The notes under the pieces were generated by a model. That model was not told the DNA's origin, ran no database searches, and saw nothing but the letters and a program-made list of their open reading frames with translations. The translations under genes were made by a program, and so were the position numbers. From an uncultured Chloroflexia bacterium (GTDB taxonomy: Bacteria; Chloroflexota; UBA6077; JACCZL01), in contig CAVXYC010000010.1 in the NCBI GenBank assembly GCA_963765765.1, positions 96,001-160,000 on the forward strand: a DNA stretch of 64,000 bases. The letters are read 5' to 3'. Positions 9,891-19,301 of the stretch are shown here, in pieces. The first letter of the stretch is position 1. The number at the start of each line of letters is the position of its first letter.

Positions 9891-11576
9891 TCAGTTGATA
9901 GCAATGGCCCTGAGCGGAACGAGCCCGAGTACACGCGCAGGTGCGAAGCCTGTGACATACGGCTTCACCAATGTCCGCCCTCCATAGTGGAAGACGGGTA
10001 TCGATGGATATCCTCTGGCCAGGACCTCTTCCGCCTGACTGTAGAGCTGCTCTCGTTTCGCTCGATCAAGCTCGCTCTGGGCTTGCTTGACCAGCTGGTC
10101 GTATTCCGGATCCACCCATCCCGTGTTGAACATCCCAGGGTCCTCATGACTGTCCCAGAGCACGTTGTACCAATTGTTCGGATCCTCGTAGTCCGAGAAC
10201 CAGCCACCGCGGAACGTATGACCAACCGATTTCCACTCGTCCCCACGACGCCACTTCAGGAATGTGGCGAACTCCATGTTGTCCAACTTGACGTTGATGC
10301 CGAGCGTGTCTTTCCAGCGCTGCTGGAGGTGTTCTCCTAGAAGTCGCCAGTCCTCGTTAGTGTTGTAGGTGAAAGTCAGATCCGGAAACCCCCGACCTTC
10401 GGGGTATCCAGCGTCCGCGAGAAGCTGCTTGGCGCGCGCCACATCCTCTTTCTGCCAGATGTCGGGCTTTCTCCCCACGATGCCTTCTGGCTGGAGAGAA
10501 TAGGCCGGTGTGCCGGACCGTCGAAGCACCTGGTTAAGGAGCAGATTCCGGTCAAGTGCGGCTCCCAGCGCCATTCTGACGCGCGGGTCGTTGAGATGGG
10601 GCAAGCGATTGTTTACGGTGATAAACATCGTCCCGGACTCCGCATACTCTTTGAGCTCGGCCTTGAGTCTCTGATCGTTTTGAATTCGGCTGACCTGGGA
10701 GGCCGGAATCTGAAATGATGTGGTGCCCAGAGAGTCAACCTCGCCAGCTTCGTACGCAGCCAGGGCCTGCTCAGAACCGCCTTCTGGGAAGATCCGATAG
10801 ATGGCGCGCTGGAGCGCTGGCTTGGGCCCCCAGTAATTGTCATTGCGTTCGAGCGTAAGCTGCGCATCCTGCTTCCATTCCTTCAAGAGAAACGGGCCGT
10901 TAGTAACGATCTTGTCCGCGTCGACCCACTTGTCACCGTGCTGGGCGATGACGTCCTCTCGAAGTGGGAAAAGCGTCCAGGTACTCGCCAGACGTAGGAA
11001 GTAAGCGGCCGGCTCTTCGAGCGTCACGATCAAGGTGCGATCGTCGGTTGCCTTCACGCCGAGCTCGGATGGCTCCATGCCGTCCGTATTGATTTGGACG
11101 GCGTTCTTTACCGGGTACAGCGTGGTTGCGTAATCGGAGGCTGTCTTCGGATCGATGTTGCGCTTCCAGGCGAACTCGTAATCTTTGGCGGTCACTGGCT
11201 GTCCGTCGGACCACGTTGGCCCCTGGCGTAGCGTAAACGTGTATGTTGCCTGGTCCGGCGAGATCTCCCAGCGCTCGGCGTGTACTCCCGAGATTGTGCC
11301 CTTATCGTCGAAGGTGACGAGTCCCTCAAAAATGTTGTTCACGACGTCAATGGAGATTGCGTCAGTTATCAGTCCCGGGTCCAGGGCGGGCGGATTTGTT
11401 GATGCGACACGGAAGAGCTGTTCACGCGGCTGAGCTGTTTGAGCGGGTTTCGCCGCCTCAACTGGTTTGACGGCTTCAGTGGGCTTAGCCGCCGGTCGAG
11501 GAGAAGGAGGAGCGCACGCTGACAAAGCAACAATGCTGGACATCATGGTCAACCCAACGATACGTAGCACGAGCAT
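9891..11576 (-). CDS. oppA: Oligopeptide ABC substrate-binding lipoprotein (OppA-like)
   Basis: Lipobox LSAC; SBP_bac_5 motifs 'LDP', 'WSDGQPVTAKD', 'NGPF', 'GWFSDYEDP'. Confidence 0.9.
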   Translation of the reverse strand: MLVLRIVGLTMMSSIVALSACAPPSPRPAAKPTEAVKPVEAAKPAQTAQPREQLFRVASTNPPALDPGLITDAISIDVVNNIFEGLVTFDDKGTISGVHAERWEISPDQATYTFTLRQGPTWSDGQPVTAKDYEFAWKRNIDPKTASDYATTLYPVKNAVQINTDGMEPSELGVKATDDRTLIVTLEEPAAYFLRLASTWTLFPLREDVIAQHGDKWVDADKIVTNGPFLLKEWKQDAQLTLERNDNYWGPKPALQRAIYRIFPEGGSEQALAAYEAGEVDSLGTTSFQIPASQVSRIQNDQRLKAELKEYAESGTMFITVNNRLPHLNDPRVRMALGAALDRNLLLNQVLRRSGTPAYSLQPEGIVGRKPDIWQKEDVARAKQLLADAGYPEGRGFPDLTFTYNTNEDWRLLGEHLQQRWKDTLGINVKLDNMEFATFLKWRRGDEWKSVGHTFRGGWFSDYEDPNNWYNVLWDSHEDPGMFNTGWVDPEYDQLVKQAQSELDRAKREQLYSQAEEVLARGYPSIPVFHYGGRTLVKPYVTGFAPARVLGLVPLRAIAIN

Positions 11577-11709
11577 GGCAGTTCCCTCTGGCAGGAATTG
11601 GTCGCATGTTATAGCCGGTGACCGGCCGCTGTCTTTAGGTCATCGTACCAACAGTCCGTATTGGCAGCGCCTGTCACAATAGCGTCAAGGTTGATTGGTG
11701 TGAGAAACG

Positions 11710-12225
11710 TTAGCCGGCCTCTTGTTCGGTCTTCCGTTTTCGGCTTGGCCGCTCGCTCGGTGAATCCACTCGCTGAATGGCACTGTGGTCCTCGATTCGG
11801 TCGATATAGAGCACGCCTTCTAGGTGGTCGATCTCGTGCTGGAGTGCCTGGGCGAGTAAGCCCTCACCCTTGATGCGGATTTCTTTGCCGTGTCGGTCGC
11901 GTGCCTTCACCACGGCCGTCTCGCCGCGATTGATCTTCGCCCAGTAGCCCGGAACGGAAAGGCATCCCTCGTCCTTTTCGACCGGCTCTCCAATGCGGAC
12001 GATCTCCGGGTTGATCAAAATAGTGACCACCTCTTCGACTTCAATGACCGCCAGACGCAGCGGAACACCGACTTGCGTTGCCGCCAATCCCACGCCGGGT
12101 GCGGCTCGCATAGTCTCAATCATATCGTCGATCAACGTCTGGATAGACTTGTCGATCTTGCTCACTCGTCGAGTTTTCTGGCGAAGGACAGGATTACCGA
12201 CGACGAGGATTGGACGAACCGCCAC
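11710..12225 (-). CDS. def: Peptide deformylase
   Basis: GVGLAATQ, EGCLS and QHEIDH motifs. Confidence 0.97.
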   Translation of the reverse strand: MAVRPILVVGNPVLRQKTRRVSKIDKSIQTLIDDMIETMRAAPGVGLAATQVGVPLRLAVIEVEEVVTILINPEIVRIGEPVEKDEGCLSVPGYWAKINRGETAVVKARDRHGKEIRIKGEGLLAQALQHEIDHLEGVLYIDRIEDHSAIQRVDSPSERPSRKRKTEQEAG

Positions 12226-12241
12226 GTGCGCTCCAGGTCAG

Positions 12242-13639
12242 CTAGGGGTGAGACTCGATCATAGACATTTTCTTCCAGGCTCGACATGCCTCGAGCCACC
12301 TCGGGACAAGGCGCGGCTGACTGGCGAAGTGGACATGCACGTATGAGGCCACCACAGAGCCGGTGGCGAAACCGTCGTTCCGGATACCACTACTTGTCTC
12401 GACTCGATAGACCGGATCCAGCTCCGGCGTCTGATTCACGACCCGTGACCAGTGGAATTCATGTCCGCGGGCGGTACAGCCTCTGTTCAGAACGGGCGAA
12501 TCCCGGAGTGCCGTTATTTCGGCATAGCCAAGGGCCGCTCGCCGCGATTCCATGTGTGCACTGAAGTCGAGTGCCCCCACAAGATCATGCTCCTGACCAT
12601 CCAGATCCGTGAGTCGACGTCCCAGGTAGAGCATCCCACCGCATTCAGCGTAGACGGGCATGCCCGCTTCAATCGCGAGGCGTATCGAGATCTTCATCGG
12701 CTCATTCAATGATAGGGTTCGGGCGTGAAGTTCCGGGTATCCGCCGCCCAGGTAAATTCCAGACAGACCCGACGGCAAGCTGTGGTCCGACAACGGACTG
12801 AATTCCACAATCTCAGCTCCGTGTCGTTCGAGGAGCTCCAGGTTCGTAGCGTAGTAGAAGGTGAAGGCGGCGTCACGCGCGACGCCGATCTTTACGGACT
12901 TTGACTTTTGTTCCCTAGCTCGGTCTCGGGTTCTAAGGACGGGTGTGGCCGCGCGCGCAATCGCCAGGAGCTCACCGATGTCGACCGAGGCTTCGACGAT
13001 GTCGGCGGCGTTCTCAATGGTGGACTCCGCATCCGCCACATCACCGGCTTGCACCAGTCCAAGGTGCCTGCTGGGAATTGTCGCGGCCACGTTGCGATTG
13101 ATCGTGCCGATGACTCGAGTTGCCGAATGGCTCTCGATTGCCTGCCGCACCCAGTCGGAGTGACGCTCGCTCGCGAGACTGTTGGCTATGACACCGACTA
13201 GACGGACGTGGCGATCAAATCGTCGGTAGCCTTCAACGAGGGCGGCGATGCTTCGAGATGCCCGGCTGGCGTCTACGACTAGCACCACCGGCGCGCGGAG
13301 AACCCGGGCGAGTTGTGCGGTACTACCATCGTCGCTCACGGGGCCGCGACCGTCGAAGAGTCCCATCATCCCTTCAATAATTGCGATGTCCGCCGAGCTC
13401 GCACTGTTTGTAAAGATCTCAAGCAGCGCGCCCCGGGCAAGCATCCAGGTGTCGAGATTGTGGCAAGCCCGCCCGGACGCCTGTGCCAGGAATGACGGGT
13501 CAATGAAGTCCGGACCGGCTTTGAACGTCGCGATTCGCAGTCCTCGGCGTTTCAAGGCGCGCGCAATTCCGGCGGCAATAACGGTTTTGCCGACGCCACT
13601 GGTCGCACCTGCGATCACAACCCGTGGGATGTCAAGCAT
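12242..13639 (-). CDS. cbiA: Cobyrinate a,c-diamide synthase
   Basis: 'SGVGKT', 'FKAGPDFIDP', 'IEGMMGLFDG', 'AECGGMLYL', 'GHEFH', 'SYVHVHF'. Confidence 0.93.
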   Translation of the reverse strand: MLDIPRVVIAGATSGVGKTVIAAGIARALKRRGLRIATFKAGPDFIDPSFLAQASGRACHNLDTWMLARGALLEIFTNSASSADIAIIEGMMGLFDGRGPVSDDGSTAQLARVLRAPVVLVVDASRASRSIAALVEGYRRFDRHVRLVGVIANSLASERHSDWVRQAIESHSATRVIGTINRNVAATIPSRHLGLVQAGDVADAESTIENAADIVEASVDIGELLAIARAATPVLRTRDRAREQKSKSVKIGVARDAAFTFYYATNLELLERHGAEIVEFSPLSDHSLPSGLSGIYLGGGYPELHARTLSLNEPMKISIRLAIEAGMPVYAECGGMLYLGRRLTDLDGQEHDLVGALDFSAHMESRRAALGYAEITALRDSPVLNRGCTARGHEFHWSRVVNQTPELDPVYRVETSSGIRNDGFATGSVVASYVHVHFASQPRLVPRWLEACRAWKKMSMIESHP

Positions 13640-14820
13640 GGCTGACTGATAGAAGCGCGAGATACTGTGCATCGATCTCGGCATGAAGCTCGGCCAGGGA
13701 GGCGCGTCCAGATGTCAGCGCGGCGACGCACGCGCCGCCGGCGCCAACGCCTTCTTTGACCAGAAGCCTCTCGTACGCCCGAAGCGGCTCGCAGCGCATC
13801 TCCGAAAAGTCCAATTGAGGCACCGTGGCCGACCAACCGCCACAATCATTCAGTATTCCGCCAAGGTCGGATTGCGGATCACGAGCTACCCAGGGTGTCG
13901 TCCCGAGGAGCACATTTGACCGCGGCAGATTCACGACCAGTCTCTTGCCCCAACTGGCAGGTGGCAGCCAGAATGGCAGCCATTTGCGTTCCGCCGGCCA
14001 GAAGGACCGGAACGTTCGGAGCCGCGGAGACCAGCATCCCCATGACAAACGGCTGCATGGGGTCGCCAACCGCATCCAGTATCTCGAACACATCTGAGGT
14101 TCGCCCGAGATGAGCTCGCTCGAGCGCGCGGTCCACCACCGATTCCTTGAGGCTCAACAGATCGCCCGATGAGCTGGAGCTGACGCGATGTGGCGAACCG
14201 AGCGATCTGAGCACTGCCATGGCAGTCGTTGTTCCGCCGGGGACCGTTTCCGCAATCACGACCGCACCCCATCTGCGAGCAAGTGCTTCGCCGAACGCGT
14301 GACCTGTCGCGTAAAGCATCCGCGAATCGGTGAGGCCTTGCTCCATATCGATTCGTCCGCCTGGGCCGTGCTGGATTTCCATAGTCGTAATTGCTGGCTC
14401 GACACGTAGGCCAATCGTGACCGGGAGCCAGGGGATGCGGCCCAACGCTAGAGCCGCACGGGCAATCAGGGCTGGACCTGGTGGACCAAGTGGGTTGCTT
14501 GGAACCGTGGTCAATGACACCGGTCGGCCGTGCAGCAGCGATTCCAAATCCGCGGCCGGCGTCCACGGGATAAGCTCGAGGGATGCTCCTGCCGATGAGA
14601 TTGTCGGAATTGATGATGTGTCCGTGTGAGCTGCGACGCAGACGAAAACCAGATCTGCGCTTCGCATCCGTTCGAAGAACCGCGGCTGCATCGCAGAGGC
14701 GGTGACTGATGTGATTCCCACCCGCTCGGGAGTCGGTCCGACTCGGGCGGTGCTCAACGGCGTGGGTGGAGGATAAGTGAAGCTGGCGATGTCAGCCGAA
14801 CTGACCAGCTCGGTCTTCAT
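13632..14820 (-). CDS. cobT: Nicotinate mononucleotide:base phosphoribosyltransferase, archaeal/cyanobacterial-type CobT; frameshift near 13915
   Basis: 'ISSAG...TPAAD.E', 'PPGPALI', 'ETVPGGTTTA', 'AVGDPMQ', 'LLAGGTQM'; C-terminus 'GTTPWV..D...YERLLVKEGVGAGG' is in the neighbouring frame. Confidence 0.85.
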
Positions 14821-15467
14821 GTCAAACTACCGAATGCCAGCAACACCAGCAGTGCGACGTGCCCCGCGACGGTGGGCGCGACAGGAAAACCGTGGCGACA
14901 ATATCCGGAAAGATACCTGGCAACGATGATGGCCACCGCAATGGAGCCGAGCAGAGATGAAATTGACATAAGGCTTATCATCCAAATCGTGCCCGCTACC
15001 GCTGCGAGCGCGATTCCCGCGACACATCGTTGGAGTATCGGATGTCGCCCGACGAGCGACTCGGCTACATATCCGATGAGCACCGCTTGGACGAGACTCA
15101 GGGCGAGGATATGGGGTGCGAGGGTACCGCTGAGGATCGCGGCGAGCTCGATGAGCAGGCTTAGGCCGATAGCGCAGACCCCGAAAGAGCCGACGAATCG
15201 ATCGTCCAGAATGCGCGCGCGCGTTTCGCGATCCGTGGGGGCACCGATCGCGTCAGCAACGTATCCGAGGGTGATAAGCCCCGGCCAGGATCCGCAAACC
15301 AAGCTCAAGAACTCGAGTGAACGGTCTGACCGCATGATCCAGAGGATATCGCGTGAGAGAGTGAGCGCAATGAGGAGCAGGGTGCCTACAACTAGTGGCG
15401 CAAGATCCTGCAACCGGGGTCTCAGTGGCTTCTCACGCGAGGGTTTGGCCAATGCTGCTTCATACAT
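14817..15467 (-). CDS. Divergent CobS-like integral membrane protein
   Basis: Multi-TM; 'VADAIGAPTDRETRARILDDRFVGSFGV' aligns to the CobS 'DG...R.R.L.IM.D...G..G' loop; lies directly after cobS. Confidence 0.6.
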   Translation of the reverse strand: MYEAALAKPSREKPLRPRLQDLAPLVVGTLLLIALTLSRDILWIMRSDRSLEFLSLVCGSWPGLITLGYVADAIGAPTDRETRARILDDRFVGSFGVCAIGLSLLIELAAILSGTLAPHILALSLVQAVLIGYVAESLVGRHPILQRCVAGIALAAVAGTIWMISLMSISSLLGSIAVAIIVARYLSGYCRHGFPVAPTVAGHVALLVLLAFGSLT

Positions 15468-15489
15468 ACATGAATTGAGATATCGCGAG

Positions 15490-16222
15490 CTAAGAGCTGA
15501 ACGCCTGAGAAAGGCTCGCGGCACCAAGGAGGAAGCTTACCTCTGTGACCACGGCCAGTGCTCCGTAATGATCCCCACCGAGGCCGTTGCTGCGCCATCG
15601 AAGGAGCAAACCTGTCACGACGACGGCGATCGACCCGATGATCAGGGGCAGCGGCGAGGCCAGCGTAACAAGGAGGATGCAGACGGCCGCCACGACTGTC
15701 ATGACTGCCGTTGGCGTCCGGGCGGTACGGAAGAGCTCGAGCGTGGCTGGCCCGGCCTGCCTGCCGGGCTTGAAGGTCTGGTAGCCGGCGATGATGGCCG
15801 TGCGTCCGAGCATCGGAGCGCATAGGAGCCACTGTGTCCGATGCGGATCGTGAATCTGGTAGAGCGCGAGCCAGCTGAGCGCCAGAGCGATCATGCCGAT
15901 GGCGACGCCCTCAGATGAATGCACACTCGCGTAGATCGCAGAGGTTGTCTCTGCTCGAGGCGCCGCCAGACCGTCTGCCGTATCCATCAGTGCATCGAAG
16001 TGAAGGGCGCCCGTGATGCAGACGCCGACTAACACTACTAGAGCGTTCCGCATTTCCCATTGCATCGGCGAGAGTGCGAGATCTGCCAGCGCCCCGATGA
16101 CGCCAATGATGAGACCGGCGAATGGGAAACCAGGCGGCGTGAATGCGCTCCAGGTCCGAGCTTGCATCACCGGGGATCGGTATGCGGCTCAGGAAGCGGA
16201 GCGTTGCAAGCGCTGATCTCAC
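15490..16222 (-). CDS. cobS: Adenosylcobinamide-GDP ribazoletransferase (cobamide synthase); frameshift near 16135
   Basis: 'ALATLRFLSRIPI' N-terminus, 'FPFAGLIIG', 'TGALHFDALMDTADG', 'GLGGDHYGA...TE'. Confidence 0.85.
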
Positions 16223-17703
16223 GACGGCGCAATGCCGACGAGCGCATCAATCGCCCGGATGTCTGCATGCTGCTCCACAATATCCGCCAGGCGGTCCAAC
16301 TCTTGGTCTACCAGTGAATCGTAGTTGCGTCCGCTGCTCTCTAGCTGAAGAAATCCACTGATGGCTTCAAGCACACTGGCATTGTCCAGAATCCCGTGGA
16401 GATATGTCCCAACGACTCGACCGGAGTCGTTTACAGCGCCGTCCGTACGGCCATCGATGCCCTCGCCCATGCTTAGGAGCGGGGACTCGTCATGCTCGGT
16501 GATCCCGTCGTGGATCTCGTACCCGCGTACGGACGAACCGTGAATCGAACCGAGCGGGCCAAGTTTGGAGATGATCGTTCCAGTCGATTGGCGCGTGATC
16601 TTTTCAGTCGAAAAGGCGGTGCGTGCATTGACTAGACCCAATCCAGGCGTCATCCCGACTGGTCCTTCCAGCCCCGAGGGGTCGATTAGCTCAGTTCCCA
16701 GCATTTGAAAGCCGCCACAGATTCCAAGAATGAGCACGTCCCGTGCGGCCGCGGCGCGAATCGCAGCGGCCAGACCGGAGGACCACAGGAACTCGAGATC
16801 AGCCCGCGTGGATTTGGAGCCAGGGATGACGACCATCGATGGAGCTCCGAAATCGTTCACATTGTCGATCCAGCGCACTGACGCGCCGATCCCCGCCAGC
16901 GGATCCAGATCATCGAAATTTGAGACGTGCGGCAGACGAATGGCGACGATGTCCACCAACCGTTTCTCAGGACCCGAGCCATCGAGGTTTGCGCTGTCCT
17001 CCGATGGGAGGCGAAGGCTCATGACGTGCGGAATGACGCCAAGCACGGCGACGCCGGTACGGTCAAGAAGGAAGTCGAGTGCTGGTTCTAAGAGCGTCAC
17101 GTCGCCCCGAAAACGGTTGACCAGCAGTCCACGCACTAGCGCGCGATCCTCGGGCTTCAATAGCTCCATCGTCCCGACCAGTGCCGCTAATGCGCCGCCT
17201 CGATCGATGTCCGCCACGAGCAGTACGGGGGCGTCAGCATAGTGCGCGACCCGCATGTTGACGATGTCCCACTGACGAAGGTTCACCTCGGCGGGGCTTC
17301 CGGCTCCTTCAATGACGATGATGTCGTAGTGTTTCCTGAGCAGGTCCAATGACCTTGTCACAACCGGCCAGAGCTCCTCACGTGATGTGAAATAGTCACG
17401 ACCCGAGCGGCTACCTTTCGGCTTCCCTAGGACGACGATCTGACTCTTACCGCCGAACTCTGGTTTCAGCAGAATCGGGTTCATGTCCACGGTTGGCGGG
17501 ATTCCCGCAGCGCGCGCTTGCAGCGCCTGAGCCCGCCCAATTTCTCCGCCGTCCGTCACCGCCGCGTTGTTGGACATGTTCTGCGCTTTGAATGGCGCTA
17601 CGCGAAATCCACGGCGCGCATAGAGTCGGCACATCGCCGCGGTGAGCACACTCTTGCCCACCGACGACGCGACGCCCTGGATCATAAGCGTGCGCGCGTT
17701 CAC
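16219..17703 (-). CDS. cobQ: Cobyric acid synthase
   Basis: 'MIQGVASSVGKS', 'PFKAQNMSNN', 'IEGAGSPAEVNL', 'DIDRGG', 'GICGGFQMLG', 'GYEIH', 'GTYLHG'; GTG overlaps the cbiB stop. Confidence 0.95.
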   Translation of the reverse strand: MNARTLMIQGVASSVGKSVLTAAMCRLYARRGFRVAPFKAQNMSNNAAVTDGGEIGRAQALQARAAGIPPTVDMNPILLKPEFGGKSQIVVLGKPKGSRSGRDYFTSREELWPVVTRSLDLLRKHYDIIVIEGAGSPAEVNLRQWDIVNMRVAHYADAPVLLVADIDRGGALAALVGTMELLKPEDRALVRGLLVNRFRGDVTLLEPALDFLLDRTGVAVLGVIPHVMSLRLPSEDSANLDGSGPEKRLVDIVAIRLPHVSNFDDLDPLAGIGASVRWIDNVNDFGAPSMVVIPGSKSTRADLEFLWSSGLAAAIRAAAARDVLILGICGGFQMLGTELIDPSGLEGPVGMTPGLGLVNARTAFSTEKITRQSTGTIISKLGPLGSIHGSSVRGYEIHDGITEHDESPLLSMGEGIDGRTDGAVNDSGRVVGTYLHGILDNASVLEAISGFLQLESSGRNYDSLVDQELDRLADIVEQHADIRAIDALVGIAPS

Positions 17704-18602
17704 CTGGAACGCCCGCTCAGCAAGCACAACGGTCCGAGAGTTAATGCGACAGCGCGGCGCATCAGTCGAATAGCTCGAAGAATGTCGTCCGCGGTGGGCT
17801 GGGGCGATTCCGATGCCAACACGTAGTGGCCGGGTTTGCTCAGACGTCGATTGAGCGCGCCGGCCATTGCTGACATTGGCCATCCCGCGTTCGGACTCTC
17901 TGTTCGTCCGTGGTCCTTCATCATCGTCCTGAGCGACCGCAGGTCTCCACTTGAGATGCACACGGCAAATCCGGTCAAGCGTGCCGGAATGAGATTCACA
18001 AGGTCATCCAACCGAGCGGGAACTCTCCCCAGGAGCTCATAGCGGCCATGGTAGCCGACCATTGCATCAGCCGTGTTGATCGCGCGGTAGGCGGCCGCTC
18101 CGGCAGGTCCGGCGATACTCCACCAAAACAGCGGGGCAATGACGCTATCAGATGCATTCTCGGCCACTGACTCGATCGCCGCCGCCGCTAGCTCGGACGA
18201 GGAAAGCGCTTCCGTGGGGCGGGAGACGAGCGATCGAACGCTCGTGCGAGCCTTATCGATAGAGCCTGAGCGCACATCATTGGCGACGATCTGCGCGGCG
18301 CGTTCTAGACCGCGAAGGCTGAAGGTCCATGAGACCGCTAATCCACGCAGAAATATCCGAGCGCGCCAATCGAGCCGAGCGATCAGTCCATCGATCAAGC
18401 GCGAGGCGATAGCTGCAATGAGCGCTGGGACGAGAACAATGATCGTCCCGTACGGAAGCTGCAGGTCCGCACGCTTGGGTGAGCGTCGAGTAAGCCAGGC
18501 AACTGTTGCGCCCAGCCAGCCCACCGGATGCCAGTTGGTCGGGGGCTCGCCGAGCCGATCGATGGCCAGCGCCGCGAGCAGGACCAGGACGGACTCGAGG
18601 AT
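17700..18602 (-). CDS. cbiB: Adenosylcobinamide-phosphate synthase (start codon unresolved; ATC at 18602)
   Basis: 'DRLGEPPTNWHPVGWLG', 'LVSRPT', 'AIESVAEN.SD', 'YRAINTADAMVGY', 'ARLDD', 'SPNAGWP'. Confidence 0.92.
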   Translation of the reverse strand: MLESVLVLLAALAIDRLGEPPTNWHPVGWLGATVAWLTRRSPKRADLQLPYGTIIVLVPALIAAIASRLIDGLIARLDWRARIFLRGLAVSWTFSLRGLERAAQIVANDVRSGSIDKARTSVRSLVSRPTEALSSSELAAAAIESVAENASDSVIAPLFWWSIAGPAGAAAYRAINTADAMVGYHGRYELLGRVPARLDDLVNLIPARLTGFAVCISSGDLRSLRTMMKDHGRTESPNAGWPMSAMAGALNRRLSKPGHYVLASESPQPTADDILRAIRLMRRAVALTLGPLCLLSGRSR

Positions 18603-18607
18603 ACGCG

Positions 18608-18645
18608 AAATGGGAGCGGGGGCTGCCCGGCCCCCACTCCCATTT
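18608..18645 (-). terminator. Strong hairpin between the small SWIM gene and cbiB
   Basis: Minus strand AAAUGGGAGUGGGGGC-CGGGCA-GCCCCCGCUCCCAUUU, 16-bp stem; one pair is U.G on minus but a C/A mismatch on plus. Confidence 0.6.
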
Positions 18646-18673
18646 TCTGCTTGCGAGCTTCCGAATGTTGAGT

Positions 18674-18940
18674 TTAGACAGCGGCCGGAACAGGCTCCGC
18701 GTAGTGAGCTTCTTTCGGAAGCCGGTCGTGCAGGATTTTCTGAATGGCCATCACGTGACTGCAGTCAAAATGCGCCTGGAAGAAATTGCACTCGCACTTC
18801 CAATGCCCGCCTCGGTACTCGACTCGATACTCATCGTGGTCGCCACGAAAGGTCGTAGAAATCTCCACAAGCATTAAGCGGTCCGGCTCTGCTGCGTACT
18901 GATGGGCCTTCTGAATCTTGCTGATCATGCCCGACTGCAT
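18674..18940 (-). CDS. Small SWIM zinc-finger-like protein
   Basis: AAGGAGG RBS; 'KIQKAHQYAAE...FRGDH...WKCECNFF...CSHVMA' CxCxnCxH pattern. Confidence 0.8.
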   Translation of the reverse strand: MQSGMISKIQKAHQYAAEPDRLMLVEISTTFRGDHDEYRVEYRGGHWKCECNFFQAHFDCSHVMAIQKILHDRLPKEAHYAEPVPAAV

Positions 18941-19087
18941 TCCGAAGCCTCCTTAGAATTGGCCGAAAATGCACGAGACGTCGGCACGCATGCGCGCCGA
19001 CGTCTCGCAAAGGTTCCGACCTGTCCGCCTGTGACACCGCCCAGGTGCATCAGACTCCTCTGGCGCGTGGTCCGCGCCGTTACAGCT

Positions 19088-19116
19088 AGTCTAGTCGCGT
19101 GGCCCGATAGTGTCAA
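19088..19116 (-). promoter_or_regulatory. Sigma70-type promoter
   Basis: TTGACA-N17-TAGACT on the minus strand, about 150 nt upstream of the SWIM gene. Confidence 0.7.
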
Positions 19117-19301
19117 CTGAATCTGGTGGGCTGTGATCGGGATGAGATTCCTAAGGGTAATTTGGGCCAGGCGACTTCCCACGTATGGTATGCCCTCCGC
19201 CCGCCAGACGTCCTGGTGACGTCACCAGGAACGAGTAACATGATCCGAAACCGCAATAGTTCGAGCTCGTTGTTCTACCGTGAGTTTGCGGCTCAACTAA
19301 G

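Noticed and set aside
14872-15825. Long antisense or overlapping ORFs (also 4233-5015, 36283-37134, 45519-46592, 58666-59379)
   Set aside because: Shadow frames of real genes in GC-rich DNA; no motifs or RBS
18600-19300. Cobalamin riboswitch upstream of the cob operon
   Set aside because: No GGGAA...GGTG.AA.TCC core or B12-box found by eye on the minus strand
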